This document shows, piece after piece, positions 24,622 to 34,685 of a stretch of 64,000 bases of DNA. The DNA lies in the IMG/VR virus record IMGVR_UViG_3300047546_000414; one strand, 5' to 3'. A program made the translations under genes and the position numbers. Origin of the DNA: an uncultured virus (IMG/VR IMGVR_UViG_3300047546_000414) (lineage: Duplodnaviria > Heunggongvirae > Uroviricota > Caudoviricetes). Every line of letters begins with the position of its first letter. Position 1 is the stretch's first letter. The notes beneath the pieces are model-generated. The model was not told the DNA's origin, made no database searches, and saw only the letters and a program-made list of their open reading frames with translations.

Positions 24622-25026
24622 TTAAAACAAATTGCCGTGAAGTCTTGGCCTATTTCTATTTTTATCTACCTTATGATCTAATATATCGTCTAACGAATCT
24701 GTTACAATTCCAGCATTTCTCATAGCACCATATAGATCTAATAATCTAATTAATACATCTGCCATCTCTTCAACAATTTCACGACTACCCTTGTCTTTTC
24801 TAACTGCTTCTAAAATTTCTGTAACTTCAGAATGAACAAGTGCAAGTTTATTTCCAAATTTGTCATAGTTATGCTCTCCATCCCAAAATCCTTTTTCTAT
24901 TGCAGACTCATGTAATATTGCTGCAAATGCATCTAAACCGTAGTCTAAAAGCACACTTGACGCAGTTTGTGTAGTCTTTTCTGTATTAGGCGGTGTTCTA
25001 AAATTATCTGTTTTAATTACTCCCAT
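24622..25026 (-). CDS. MazG-like nucleotide pyrophosphohydrolase
   Basis: LALVHSEVTEILEA...EEMADVLIRLLD...KNRNRPRLHG. Confidence 0.85.
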   Translation of the reverse strand: MGVIKTDNFRTPPNTEKTTQTASSVLLDYGLDAFAAILHESAIEKGFWDGEHNYDKFGNKLALVHSEVTEILEAVRKDKGSREIVEEMADVLIRLLDLYGAMRNAGIVTDSLDDILDHKVDKNRNRPRLHGNLF

Positions 25027-25216
25027 TATTATCTCCTAAAGATATTAAAAATGTTTGATTCTCGTCGTTATATGTTACTGTTATTCCAGTATCTTCTGAT
25101 GCTGGATTAAGTAAAAGACCTGATGGAACTTCTACAGTATTGAGTGTTCTTAATATTGCCACAAGAACAGAAGTAACACTGATCTCTTGAGACATTTGTA
25201 CTTTGTCGTCGCTCAT
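25013..25216 (-). CDS. hypothetical protein
   Basis: ORF track. Coupled. Confidence 0.6.
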   Translation of the reverse strand: MSDDKVQMSQEISVTSVLVAILRTLNTVEVPSGLLLNPASEDTGITVTYNDENQTFLISLGDNNGSN

Positions 25217-25446
25217 TATTCTCCTACAATAATTTCTACGTCTTTATTATTTTTCATCCATTCACACAACTTCATCAACCATTCTCTAGTTTCGCAATTA
25301 GAGCACCCGTCAAACGGCTGGTATGGTTCAAAACCTTCTGCTACAGAGTCTTCGTCGTATACAGTGTTGTAACATTGTTCCATGTGATAAACCAAAGTAT
25401 CTTCTAAATCCCTGGCTTCTTGTTCAGATAGTGTTATTTTTGTCAT
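25216..25446 (-). CDS. hypothetical protein
   Basis: GCSNCETRE motif. Coupled to dnaE. Confidence 0.6.
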   Translation of the reverse strand: MTKITLSEQEARDLEDTLVYHMEQCYNTVYDEDSVAEGFEPYQPFDGCSNCETREWLMKLCEWMKNNKDVEIIVGE

Positions 25447-28400
25447 TTTATTTCCTTAACCATTAGTGTTCCATCATCTAATTTTGAAAGAATAACATTG
25501 CAAATCATTCCTTCTCGCATTTTTGCTAAAGCAATTTTATACATAGTTGAAAAAACAATTGCTCTAACTAAACCTTTATCTTTATCTGTTAGCACAATAT
25601 GAGCCATCATTTTCCCAGCTTTTGTCTTATATGGTGTAAAATTCAATACCATATATTTGCCTTCTTCAATATTATCGTATTCTTTTCGATATAAGTAGTC
25701 AACAAAAATATCATCATTGTCTTTAGATATTTCAGAAACCTTTACATATCTTGCTATTCTATTGTCCCCGACCAAAATAAAATACATCTGACCAGTTTCA
25801 ATTTGAGTCTGCTCATTGTGGAATAAACCAATAGATCCAGTTTCATCTACCAGTTCTATTCTTGCCCATCCTTGACCACGTTTAATTCCTTTAACCATTC
25901 CGAACATAACAAATGATCCAAGGTCATCGAACTCTTCAATTGGCCTTGCCTGTGCTTTAATAATTGGGGGCAAGTCTTGCAAATTAAATTGTGGGATTCC
26001 TAGATACTCATAAAAATTATCGTGCTCTAGTCCTGTTCTTGTATTGTCTTTAAAAGCTGCTGCCCCAATAGCATTAAGAGCCCCAATAGCACGGCTATTG
26101 ACACCACTACCTTTAGCAGAACTTTTATCCATGAAGTCTTCATAGTTTATATACGGCCTTCCTTTGATTATTTTGCTTGCAATATTGTTTGATATAAATT
26201 TAATATCTGCTAGACCAAACCGCATAGAATCTTTTTGTAAAGAAAAATCAATTTCAGATTCATTGACATGTGGTAGCAAAACTTTAAGACCAAGCCTTTT
26301 AGACTCAATCAAATATTCTGTTCTGGCATCTTTGTCAGTTTCATTTTTAAGAACCGCAAACATGAACTCAAGAGGGTAGTAAGTCTTAAGCCAAGCCGTA
26401 TAATAACTAAGCATGGAATAAGCAACAGCGTGAGAACGGTTAAAAGAATAGCCAGCATGAGCCTCGAAAGTATGCCATAGGGTTTCGGCTTGCTTCTTAG
26501 AAATGTGTTTTGAAGCCCCAGCAATAAATTTATCTTTGAACTGGTCAAATTCTTTTGCATCTTTTTTCTTTCCAATGATCTTACGAACCTTATCGGCCTC
26601 AGACCATGACATTCCCCCTAGGTATACACAGGCCTGCATAACCTGTTCTTGATATATGATAACACCATATGTATTTTCGGTAAATGGTTTAAGAATTGGA
26701 TGTGTGTAATCTACTGCCTCTCTTCCATTTTTTCTATTAATATAAGAAGCTCCAACAGTGTTCATTGCACCTGGTCTAACAAGGGCGTTTGATGCAACTA
26801 AATCTTCAAATTTATCTATACCCATTCTAATAAGAAGGTTAGTATAAGGAGTTGCTTCAGCCTGAAAGATACCTTTTGTGTATCCCTGATTCAGATTTTT
26901 GTAAACTTCTGGATCTTCTAAATCTAGTTCGCTAAGAACAATATCTTTGTCGTATCTGTCTTTAATTGATGCTAAAGTATCGGACAAAATAGACAAAGCT
27001 TTAAGACCTAGTGCATCCATCTTAATTAGGCCAATGTCTGCTACTGTTTCCATTTCATATGCAACCACTGGAATTCTTCCAGAAACTTTATCTTTAGGGT
27101 CTTCTCTTGTTTCAATAGGAGCATAGTTTCTTAAATCATCTTTAGCAACAACAACACCAGCAGCATGTACGCCAGTAGTTCTAATTCTTCCACGCCAATT
27201 TTCTGCAAGCCAGCCAACTTCTGGATACTTCATTCTAAATTCTTTAGTGTTTGGAGACTCCATATAGTCTTCAAAAGTATCGACAGATTTTAATGCACGG
27301 TTCACCTCTTGCAACGGAATCATAAATACACGAGCAGCATCACGAACTACACCCTTATCTTTAAAATAAGTAAATGTAGAGATAGATGCAACATTCTTAA
27401 AACGTTTCTTTAAATAATCTTTAACTTCTTTTCTGCGACGGTCTTCAAAGTCTGTATCAATATCTGGAAAGTCATTACGTTCTGGATTAATGAATCGGAA
27501 AAAGAGAAGATCATACTTGATTGGGTCTACATCTGTAATTCCCAATGTATAGCAAACTAAAGATCCAGCCGCAGACCCACGTCCTGGTCCAACCTTAATC
27601 CCTTGGTCTTTTGCCCAATTAATCATGTCAGAAACAATGAGGAAGTATGAGGCAAAATTCTTGTCCTTGATAACCCCTAGTTCTTCCTCTAGACGGTCTC
27701 TATATGCCCCCTCAGAAGCCTTTCCAAGCCTTTTAAGGCCCTCTTCTGCCATCTTCCTAAGCTGACTGTCAGCATTGGTCTTTGGGACTGGCAGGAGGTC
27801 TAGATTCTCATAAAAGCCATATTCTTCTACTTGGTCTGAAATATACATAGTATTGTCAAATATGTCTGTTCTTGTAATTCCTTGTTTAATAAAACGATCA
27901 GACATTTCTTCTCTACTCATAATAAACAAATCCAAATGCTCAAATGAGATTCTTCTATCTGGCCAAAGATAATTAAATCTATCAAACATGTTGTCAAATT
28001 TACGTGACTTATCAAAGTCTAGATCATTATTAACTTTTGGAGATGTAGATAAAATAAGCATGGCTTCTTCTAAGACCCGCTCATCTTCTTTAGAAAAATG
28101 TGCATCTGCAGTAGCAACTGGCTTTATACCAAACTCATCAGCCAACTCAAGCAACTTATTATTAATTTCTGGTGGATTAGCAGGCTGTACTTCAATAAAG
28201 AAATTGTCTCCAAAGTTTGTTTTAAACCACTTTAACATCATTTTGGCATCAGCAAATTCATTCTTTTCAATTGCTTTAGATATTAAACCATTAAGGCAAC
28301 CAGATAAAATAAATATATCTTGACCATATTCTTTTAATATTTCTCTATCAATACGTGGCTTATGATAAAAGCCTTCTGTCCAAGCAAGTTCCTGAAGCTT

Positions 28401-28715
28401 ATTAATATTGTTTAATCCATTTTGGTTTTTAGCAAGCAGGATTATATGATTGTATGCCTGAATTGTTTTATCTGTTTTAGAAGATCTATCAAATCTATCG
28501 GTTGGTGATATGTATGCCTCTACTCCAAGTATGGGTTTCATACCTAGTTCTTTTGCAGCAATTTGCATTTCACGATGTGAAGACAAAGTTCCATGATCTG
28601 TAATTGCTAAAGATGTTTGTCCTACATTTTTTGCAGCCTGCAATAACTCTTTAGGGGAATTATAACCATCCATTAAAGAGTAGTAGGAATGAACGTGCAG
28701 GTGTGTAAAACTCAT
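25443..28715 (-). CDS. dnaE: DNA polymerase III alpha subunit (family C)
   Basis: PHP domain HLHVHS..SLMDG, ITDHG, ADAH. Also GPGRGSAAGSLV, PDIDTD, HAAGVV, YSFNRSHA and a C-terminal OB fold. Confidence 0.96.
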   Translation of the reverse strand: MSFTHLHVHSYYSLMDGYNSPKELLQAAKNVGQTSLAITDHGTLSSHREMQIAAKELGMKPILGVEAYISPTDRFDRSSKTDKTIQAYNHIILLAKNQNGLNNINKLQELAWTEGFYHKPRIDREILKEYGQDIFILSGCLNGLISKAIEKNEFADAKMMLKWFKTNFGDNFFIEVQPANPPEINNKLLELADEFGIKPVATADAHFSKEDERVLEEAMLILSTSPKVNNDLDFDKSRKFDNMFDRFNYLWPDRRISFEHLDLFIMSREEMSDRFIKQGITRTDIFDNTMYISDQVEEYGFYENLDLLPVPKTNADSQLRKMAEEGLKRLGKASEGAYRDRLEEELGVIKDKNFASYFLIVSDMINWAKDQGIKVGPGRGSAAGSLVCYTLGITDVDPIKYDLLFFRFINPERNDFPDIDTDFEDRRRKEVKDYLKKRFKNVASISTFTYFKDKGVVRDAARVFMIPLQEVNRALKSVDTFEDYMESPNTKEFRMKYPEVGWLAENWRGRIRTTGVHAAGVVVAKDDLRNYAPIETREDPKDKVSGRIPVVAYEMETVADIGLIKMDALGLKALSILSDTLASIKDRYDKDIVLSELDLEDPEVYKNLNQGYTKGIFQAEATPYTNLLIRMGIDKFEDLVASNALVRPGAMNTVGASYINRKNGREAVDYTHPILKPFTENTYGVIIYQEQVMQACVYLGGMSWSEADKVRKIIGKKKDAKEFDQFKDKFIAGASKHISKKQAETLWHTFEAHAGYSFNRSHAVAYSMLSYYTAWLKTYYPLEFMFAVLKNETDKDARTEYLIESKRLGLKVLLPHVNESEIDFSLQKDSMRFGLADIKFISNNIASKIIKGRPYINYEDFMDKSSAKGSGVNSRAIGALNAIGAAAFKDNTRTGLEHDNFYEYLGIPQFNLQDLPPIIKAQARPIEEFDDLGSFVMFGMVKGIKRGQGWARIELVDETGSIGLFHNEQTQIETGQMYFILVGDNRIARYVKVSEISKDNDDIFVDYLYRKEYDNIEEGKYMVLNFTPYKTKAGKMMAHIVLTDKDKGLVRAIVFSTMYKIALAKMREGMICNVILSKLDDGTLMVKEIK

Positions 28716-29191
28716 AGCGTATGTGTCACCCAAAAATACTTACAGTCTGGACAGCACGGCTTATTGTTTGGGTCATCAACAGATGATGCAAATGATGCGT
28801 AATAGATTGGATCTTTACGATATAGGTTTGCTTTATGTGTTGCAGTAACACGCTTTAAAATGCTTGGAGTTTTAGCCCACAATGGCTGATTGTCTTCCCA
28901 TATTAAAGACTTACGTGAACGTGATAAAGCATGCATGTTAGCTTTATTTTTATCTGTTTTAATTCCACGCATTTCTGCAAGGACAATGGCAGTCATTCCA
29001 TATCTATAAAGCTCTGACTCAGCGCCTTCCCACATTAGTACGGCTGGATGATTACGCCAAGCACCTGACTTTGAATTGCCAGTTAATATATTAAGTATTT
29101 GATATGTTTCTAGAATTTGTTTGTTAAGTCTCTTATTATCTAAAGCATCTAGACTTTCACGCTTAGATGGATAAGGTAAAAATGTTTGCAT
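28712..29191 (-). CDS. pyrimidine-dimer DNA glycosylase / MSMEG_6728-family protein
   Basis: MQTFLPY...LDNKRLNKQILE..QIL...WRNHPAVLMW...HKANLYRKDP.YY. Confidence 0.8.
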   Translation of the reverse strand: MQTFLPYPSKRESLDALDNKRLNKQILETYQILNILTGNSKSGAWRNHPAVLMWEGAESELYRYGMTAIVLAEMRGIKTDKNKANMHALSRSRKSLIWEDNQPLWAKTPSILKRVTATHKANLYRKDPIYYASFASSVDDPNNKPCCPDCKYFWVTHTL

Positions 29192-29217
29192 AATATTCCT
29201 GTCTGTAAAAAACTATA

Positions 29218-29253
29218 GGGGAAAGCTTATCACTTTCCCCCAAGTTTTGTCAA
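29218..29253 (-). promoter_or_regulatory. promoter with -10 inside a hairpin
   Basis: TTGACA-N18-TAAGCT with a TG extension. GGGGAAAG / CTTTCCCC arms enclose or overlap the -10. Confidence 0.65.
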
Positions 29254-29256
29254 TGG

Positions 29257-29931
29257 CTACCACTCTAAATTACTTGTTGTTGATTCTGAGCCTTCGCTCT
29301 TATCGTTTTCTCCAAATAGATAGAATGTTTCTTGGTCCGCATATGGCAGGTCACGGACTGCTGTTTTTTCCAACTCAAAAATTTCAAGTTTGGAAGCATC
29401 AAATGTTACTTCATCTTTTGCCAACGGGATGATTGTGTAACTTGTATCTGTTTTTGTTCCTGAACGCTTAATACGCCACATAAGATTTGTAATACTTCCC
29501 ATTTCTCCTGCGTATTCAATTAATGTTGGTGTAATTGTCTTTCCACTTGATCCTTGTGAAAGAATTGCAACATACGGCTCTTCCTTGCCATCATCTACCA
29601 ATACATTGATGTATAGGCGTGAACGGCCCTTCCAGCCAGCTTTATAATCTTTACGGTGTTGTTCGCAACCCCAGCACTTACCTTGATCGTCAATTGAACA
29701 AAGTGCTTTTCTGCGATAGTCTTTTGGATTTGTATGTTCTACTGCAATAAATCCAAGACCTAGTTTGTCGTTATATGTTGGAGAGTCTGGATCAAGCTCT
29801 TGAAGGAATCTAACCTTAATGCTTTCTCCGTCTTCAAGTTTTAGCCATCTTCCTTTTACGCTGTCGCCACCAGAAGATTGTGGCTTATCTAATGTTTTAT
29901 TTAAGTCTTTTAGACCTTTTACTATTCCCAT
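29257..29931 (-). CDS. phage ssDNA-binding protein (gp32-like)
   Basis: LKLEDGESIKVRFL, Cys/His Zn site, RSGTKTDTSY, acidic tail ending in W. Lies between primase and polymerase. Confidence 0.7.
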   Translation of the reverse strand: MGIVKGLKDLNKTLDKPQSSGGDSVKGRWLKLEDGESIKVRFLQELDPDSPTYNDKLGLGFIAVEHTNPKDYRRKALCSIDDQGKCWGCEQHRKDYKAGWKGRSRLYINVLVDDGKEEPYVAILSQGSSGKTITPTLIEYAGEMGSITNLMWRIKRSGTKTDTSYTIIPLAKDEVTFDASKLEIFELEKTAVRDLPYADQETFYLFGENDKSEGSESTTSNLEW

Positions 29932-29988
29932 TTTATATCCTTTGTTTAATGTATTTGATGGTATAAATCCATCTGTATGACCATTATA

Positions 29989-30984
29989 TCATTCCCAACT
30001 GACATATTCAATATGGGAAACTGAATTATTTATACAGGCTTTAATTTCTTCATCAGTCATATCGCCAGCATCTTTTGCATCATGTGGGTATACTTTACCA
30101 TATTCATATGAAGCCCACAAGATGTCTTTATTACGTAATTTATTAAATATATTATTGCCTAATGCTCTACCAGCCTGATCGTTATCAGTCATAATAATAA
30201 TTTTGTTAAAATATTTATTTAACAAAGAAAGATTATTTGAAGATATATGTCCTCCTAAAGTTGCAACAACATTTGGGAAGCCAGCCTGATGTACTCTCAT
30301 TGCGTCGAAGCTAGATTCGACAACAATACAAACTGCGCCAATACGTTTAGCCCTATGAATGTTAAACATAGTAGAATTACGAGGAAGGCCTGGCGAGTTT
30401 TTAAAGTCTTTCTCCTTGATACTGCGCCCAACAACGCCAACACAAAGACCATCTGGACTGTGCACAGGAACTGTAACCATACTGCGGTTGTTAGAATATC
30501 CAACATTAAAGTACTCCAATGTCTCATCTGTAAACTTTCGTCCATGCATATAATCTCTTCCTTCAGAATAAGTATTCATTTCTAAAGTTAATTTTTGAAT
30601 TACTGCTGGATCAAACTCTATAAAATCTGGTTTATCTTCCAATGCGTCTTCAAGAAGATCATCAAAGTTAGATAAAACTTCTGCTTCTTTTAAAGAAACA
30701 AATCTTAATGCTTCAAAATCATTTCTTTTGGTAATCTTTTTTACCAAATCTATTAACGTTCCACTTTCACCGCAGGATGGATTAAAGCATAGCCAAGCAC
30801 CAAACTCTTTGCTTACGCTAAAGCTTGCGCTATGTCTATTTGAATGAAATGGACAATATGCCAAGAAATCGTTACCAGTTTCGCCAACAACAGAAATATC
30901 TAATGATTTTAGAATTGATTTAATGTGTGATGACGTGTATCTCGTGGAATCAACTTTCCTTGCAAAATTCCCTCTGACTCCCAT
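29989..30984 (-). CDS. DNA primase (CHC2 zinc finger + TOPRIM)
   Basis: CPFH...WLCFNPSC, VVESSFDA, VVATLG, MTDNDQAG and KDAGD. Confidence 0.9.
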   Translation of the reverse strand: MGVRGNFARKVDSTRYTSSHIKSILKSLDISVVGETGNDFLAYCPFHSNRHSASFSVSKEFGAWLCFNPSCGESGTLIDLVKKITKRNDFEALRFVSLKEAEVLSNFDDLLEDALEDKPDFIEFDPAVIQKLTLEMNTYSEGRDYMHGRKFTDETLEYFNVGYSNNRSMVTVPVHSPDGLCVGVVGRSIKEKDFKNSPGLPRNSTMFNIHRAKRIGAVCIVVESSFDAMRVHQAGFPNVVATLGGHISSNNLSLLNKYFNKIIIMTDNDQAGRALGNNIFNKLRNKDILWASYEYGKVYPHDAKDAGDMTDEEIKACINNSVSHIEYVSWE

Positions 30985-31211
30985 GCCTTCTTCTTTCCTA
31001 CGTGTACGCTGTGCATTGTTAATATAAAAGACCAAACTCCTTGGTCATATGATGTTGAAAATGATGGATCTATGTCTAGGACTCTTACAAATCCTTTGTC
31101 TCTCATTTCCTGAATTAAGAGTGACTCGTACTGAGCACGAACACGGATGATATCTGCATCACTATGAAATTGTGCTCTGACCTGGAATCGTTGTATACGC
31201 TGATGGGTCAT
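30909..31211 (-). CDS. hypothetical protein
   Basis: ATGA-coupled to the helicase. Its 3' end overlaps the primase start. Confidence 0.65.
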   Translation of the reverse strand: MTHQRIQRFQVRAQFHSDADIIRVRAQYESLLIQEMRDKGFVRVLDIDPSFSTSYDQGVWSFILTMHSVHVGKKKAWESEGILQGKLIPRDTRHHTLNQF

Positions 31212-32434
31212 TTCTGGATATTTTCATATATCTCCTTAATTATACCCCGATTAATGTCCCAGTCCAAATAGAAGCCAAAGTCACTGCCGTGGCGATTTTT
31301 TCTAGAAACAATTTCAATCATATTTGTGTCAGTGTATTTGTGAATAGCGATAGCCATATCAGCATCATATTCAATAGCCTTAGACCATGCCACCTGCGAT
31401 AGCATAGGCGGATTATCTTGATCTGAAACATCATCCATAGTTGCCGCTGTGATATCAATAATTGGAATATTATTGTTCATAGCAAGCATCTTAAATTCAC
31501 GAGAAACGTTCATGTTTCTCTCAGTTGCACCAGTGCTTCCCTTTGTATCAGAAAATAGCTGGTGGTAATCAAGGATTACTATATCTGGTTTATGCTGGTC
31601 AATTTTTGCTTGAACAGTATTAGCATTTACAGAACCCATACCTTCATTTGAAACAAGTATGAAACCATTCTTGCCTTCAAAATTCTTTTTACTCCAAGAC
31701 CTGAAATCGTCTACGTTTACATCTCCTCTTGAAAAATCGCTGGCCTTAAATAAACCAGAACCCATCATTGTGTATATACGGTTACGCATATCTTCTGGAG
31801 ACATTTCAAGGGAAATAATCATAGGCTTAAAACCTTGTTCCCATGCCTTGCATGCAAGGTAGGAAGTAAACCATGTTTTACCACGTCCTGGCCAACCAAT
31901 AGCAACAATTAAATGACCTGGAGCCATTCCAGTTGCATATGCAGTATCAATTGCTTTAAACCCAGTTGGGATACCTGGACTTCCGCCCATAATTCCAGAG
32001 CGTTGTCTTACCTGCTCAAAATATTTTTCTGCAGACTCAAAATCAGTTACGTCTAAATCTCTAACGTTACTAGTAAATTTTGAAAGACTTGCAAGCTCTG
32101 CTTGCATCTGTGCAATGATTCTAGATGGGGCATCTTCCTTTAATGAAGATCCTCCACGAAGAATAATACCCTTTAACTTACTTGAAAGGTATTCTGCTTT
32201 AAGTTGGTCTAAATAATATCCAGTTTCTGCTTTTACATCTGCTGGATCAAAATCTCTAAACTTATCTGTTAATACACCAACGTCAGGGACAGCCTTAAAT
32301 TTATAATAGTATGATTTTAATCCTTCCCACACATCTTTATGAGAAGTAAATAACTCATCAACATTGTCTGCTAGTAATGTGGCGATGTCTTTATTTTGGC
32401 ATACTGCTGATATCAGCGTTGCTTCCGTGTTCAT
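31208..32434 (-). CDS. dnaB: DnaB-like replicative helicase
   Basis: GIPTGF, GWPGRGKT, SLEMS, ILDYHQL, IEYDAD and KNRHG. Confidence 0.92.
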   Translation of the reverse strand: MNTEATLISAVCQNKDIATLLADNVDELFTSHKDVWEGLKSYYYKFKAVPDVGVLTDKFRDFDPADVKAETGYYLDQLKAEYLSSKLKGIILRGGSSLKEDAPSRIIAQMQAELASLSKFTSNVRDLDVTDFESAEKYFEQVRQRSGIMGGSPGIPTGFKAIDTAYATGMAPGHLIVAIGWPGRGKTWFTSYLACKAWEQGFKPMIISLEMSPEDMRNRIYTMMGSGLFKASDFSRGDVNVDDFRSWSKKNFEGKNGFILVSNEGMGSVNANTVQAKIDQHKPDIVILDYHQLFSDTKGSTGATERNMNVSREFKMLAMNNNIPIIDITAATMDDVSDQDNPPMLSQVAWSKAIEYDADMAIAIHKYTDTNMIEIVSRKNRHGSDFGFYLDWDINRGIIKEIYENIQK

Positions 32435-32768
32435 TTAACCGCCTTTCTCTTTCTTCCACCATTTCCTTGGTCTTAGATCTTAGCATATCTCTATGCACTT
32501 TGTCATCTTCAATATCTTTCCATAATTTATCAAGCTTATCAAAATTGTAGAAGAACCATTGCAGAGGATGATTATATTTATTTAAAGTAAAATAATATTC
32601 AACCAAATCTTTTGCACGTTGATACCCTACGGTATCAATAACATCTTGCATTCCCCACTTTTCTCTATATCTATTCAAGATTGGGTCTCTGCCATATCTA
32701 TCTTTATATAAAGAAATATAGTGTGTTAGCAAGGCATGCGGTTGCTTATTACCTTCTTTACTTGCCAC
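32391..32768 (-). CDS. hypothetical protein (possible helicase loader/initiator, by position only)
   Basis: Helical protein directly upstream of dnaB. Confidence 0.6.
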   Translation of the reverse strand: MASKEGNKQPHALLTHYISLYKDRYGRDPILNRYREKWGMQDVIDTVGYQRAKDLVEYYFTLNKYNHPLQWFFYNFDKLDKLWKDIEDDKVHRDMLRSKTKEMVEERERRLNEHGSNADISSMPK

Positions 32769-32973
32769 CCTTTAATTCCTCTTCCATTTCTGAAGCTTTT
32801 TCAATTAGCTTCTGCTCAACAAATTTATAAACTCTATCTGTAGCAGAATCTACGTTTTCTCCAGAACGAACTATATCTTCAACGCCAATTCCTATTTTGA
32901 TGCTTTCGTAGTTCCCCAGGTTGCGGGTGAATTGTAGATCTACTTTTACTATTGTTGATGATGATTCCGTCAT
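32758..32973 (-). CDS. hypothetical protein
   Basis: TRNLGNYESIKI motif. Confidence 0.7.
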   Translation of the reverse strand: MTESSSTIVKVDLQFTRNLGNYESIKIGIGVEDIVRSGENVDSATDRVYKFVEQKLIEKASEMEEELKGGK

Positions 32974-33196
32974 CTTCTTCCTCTTCTTCTATTCCGAATC
33001 CTATTGGCTTTTTCTTTTTTGGAACATATCCTTCTGCTATTCGGTCTGCTACCGACATCCAAACACTTGCAACCGTAATAAGACCCTCTACGCTTTTCTT
33101 TTTATTTGCATGCATAGAAGCTAAATCAAGGTTAGCTGCTGCTCTGGATAAAGCAACATTTTCATTTAATGACTCGTATTCTTCTTGGTCGCTCAT
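32879..33196 (-). CDS. hypothetical protein
   Basis: ATGA-coupled start MSDQEE. Its C-terminal tail overlaps the next gene. Confidence 0.5.
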   Translation of the reverse strand: MSDQEEYESLNENVALSRAAANLDLASMHANKKKSVEGLITVASVWMSVADRIAEGYVPKKKKPIGFGIEEEEEDDGIIINNSKSRSTIHPQPGELRKHQNRNWR

Positions 33197-33681
33197 TCTG
33201 CCTTCCATACTGGTACAAATGTTCCGTCTGTGGTCTTAGTATACAATATGATATTGTTTTTTATCAAGGCCTTTAATTCATTTTTTGTTGGAAGATTTTC
33301 TATTTTTCTTCCAGCAGTAATTAAATAATCATAAAGATCAAATATGTTTTCTTCGCTAAACATATATTGTGACCAATTTTTACTTTCAAAATTACCTATC
33401 GGATATACCTTTTGTGGTGATTTAATTTTGCCCTGTAAAATATATTCTTCTATAGTAACTTTATGCTTTCCAAGCATTTGTGCTACCTGAGTCATAGAAT
33501 AAGCATTCTGCATGTTTTTATATACATCAGAATAAGAATACATAACTCTTTTTTTATCTGGGTAGCACCATGCAATCATTTGGTCTTTGACTCTAGATGC
33601 TTTTAAAACCTTATGTAATTTCCCGTTTAAGAAGAAATACCGAAAGCTTTTCTTTGATTGAACTCTACTTGATCTAGCCAT
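33193..33681 (-). CDS. DNA-binding protein with a MerR/excisionase-type HTH
   Basis: YSMTQVAQMLGKHKVTIEEYILQGKI...YMFSEENI. Confidence 0.7.
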   Translation of the reverse strand: MARSSRVQSKKSFRYFFLNGKLHKVLKASRVKDQMIAWCYPDKKRVMYSYSDVYKNMQNAYSMTQVAQMLGKHKVTIEEYILQGKIKSPQKVYPIGNFESKNWSQYMFSEENIFDLYDYLITAGRKIENLPTKNELKALIKNNIILYTKTTDGTFVPVWKAE

Positions 33682-33815
33682 CTTCCAAAACTACTCGTTT
33701 CTTTATTAACCATCCAGCGTCTTCCACAAAGCAGGCAATACAGCTCCATATGTAACTTTTGTGAAAAAACCCTGTCCACAAATACTCTTCCGCCACATCT
33801 CCTGCAATGCATCAT
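33627..33815 (-). CDS. zinc-ribbon protein
   Basis: CRRCGGRVFVDR...YCLLCGRR. Confidence 0.7.
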   Translation of the reverse strand: MMHCRRCGGRVFVDRVFSQKLHMELYCLLCGRRWMVNKETSSFGRWLDQVEFNQRKAFGISS

Positions 33816-34612
33816 AGTTTGAATACCTTCCCATCAACTACACAAGAGTAGTCTGGTGCTACGTGAATCATTTGAATATGAGGGTAGTCATTTACAATAT
33901 GTGCAATTGCAAAACCCTTTTGCCAGTCGTGATGTTGTGTATATTTCATTCCTGGACCCTTTTCATCACACATGTGACCAATTTCATATCCACGCAATGT
34001 CTCTCCCTCACCATTATTTCTTAACTCATAAGTAACTAAATGTGAAGCAATTCTGTGTGAATGACCACGAATTAAAGAAACCTGTAGGTCTTCCATATCT
34101 TTACGAACAGATCCAGTTGCAGCAATTGAAATTCCATGGTGAACATGTATATCTCCAAATCTACGCTTAGGCAGTTCATTATAATAAATATATTCGTACC
34201 CAAGACTGTCTAAATTCCACAAAGATTCTGGTGTTACATCTTTGATGTAGTCTGGCAACTTCTTGTCAACGTAATCAAAGATTCTTATATCGTGATTTCC
34301 AAGAGCTGAGAACAATTGTGCCTCTGGCAAAATCTCTCTAGTTTTAGCATAGAAATCTCTTGCACCTTTAGCCTCATGTCTCATTGTTGGAACAATTAAA
34401 TCTGCACTATCTGTTTTGTAAAGGTTCAAAAATTCTGCTGATCTACCTTCAGTATACTTGCTATAGCAGGCTTGATCGTCAGTATCACCTAAATAGTCAA
34501 CCACATCTGGTTTAAACCATTTCATTACTTTAAACCACAATTCAATCATCTTATCGTCTTGATAAGGGAACTGCTGGTCGGATGACAACATCCATTTTAA
34601 ATCATTGCTCAT
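33812..34612 (-). CDS. calcineurin-like metallophosphoesterase
   Basis: SDQQ, LGDTDD, GNHD, VHHG and GHSH motifs. Confidence 0.88.
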   Translation of the reverse strand: MSNDLKWMLSSDQQFPYQDDKMIELWFKVMKWFKPDVVDYLGDTDDQACYSKYTEGRSAEFLNLYKTDSADLIVPTMRHEAKGARDFYAKTREILPEAQLFSALGNHDIRIFDYVDKKLPDYIKDVTPESLWNLDSLGYEYIYYNELPKRRFGDIHVHHGISIAATGSVRKDMEDLQVSLIRGHSHRIASHLVTYELRNNGEGETLRGYEIGHMCDEKGPGMKYTQHHDWQKGFAIAHIVNDYPHIQMIHVAPDYSCVVDGKVFKL

Positions 34613-34628
34613 ATTTTTCCTTAACACG

Positions 34629-34652
34629 AAAAAGACCACTTTTGGTGGTCTT
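34629..34652 (-). terminator. intrinsic terminator at the end of the tail operon
   Basis: AAGACCAC-CAAAA-GTGGTCTT followed by TTT. Confidence 0.65.
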
Positions 34653-34685
34653 GTTTGTAATATTGTACTATTATATTCTAATCTG

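Noticed and set aside
18154..32434. Inteins or introns in terL, recA, dnaE and dnaB
   Set aside because: Lengths are normal, motifs are contiguous, and no intein splice junctions or LAGLIDADG blocks were seen.
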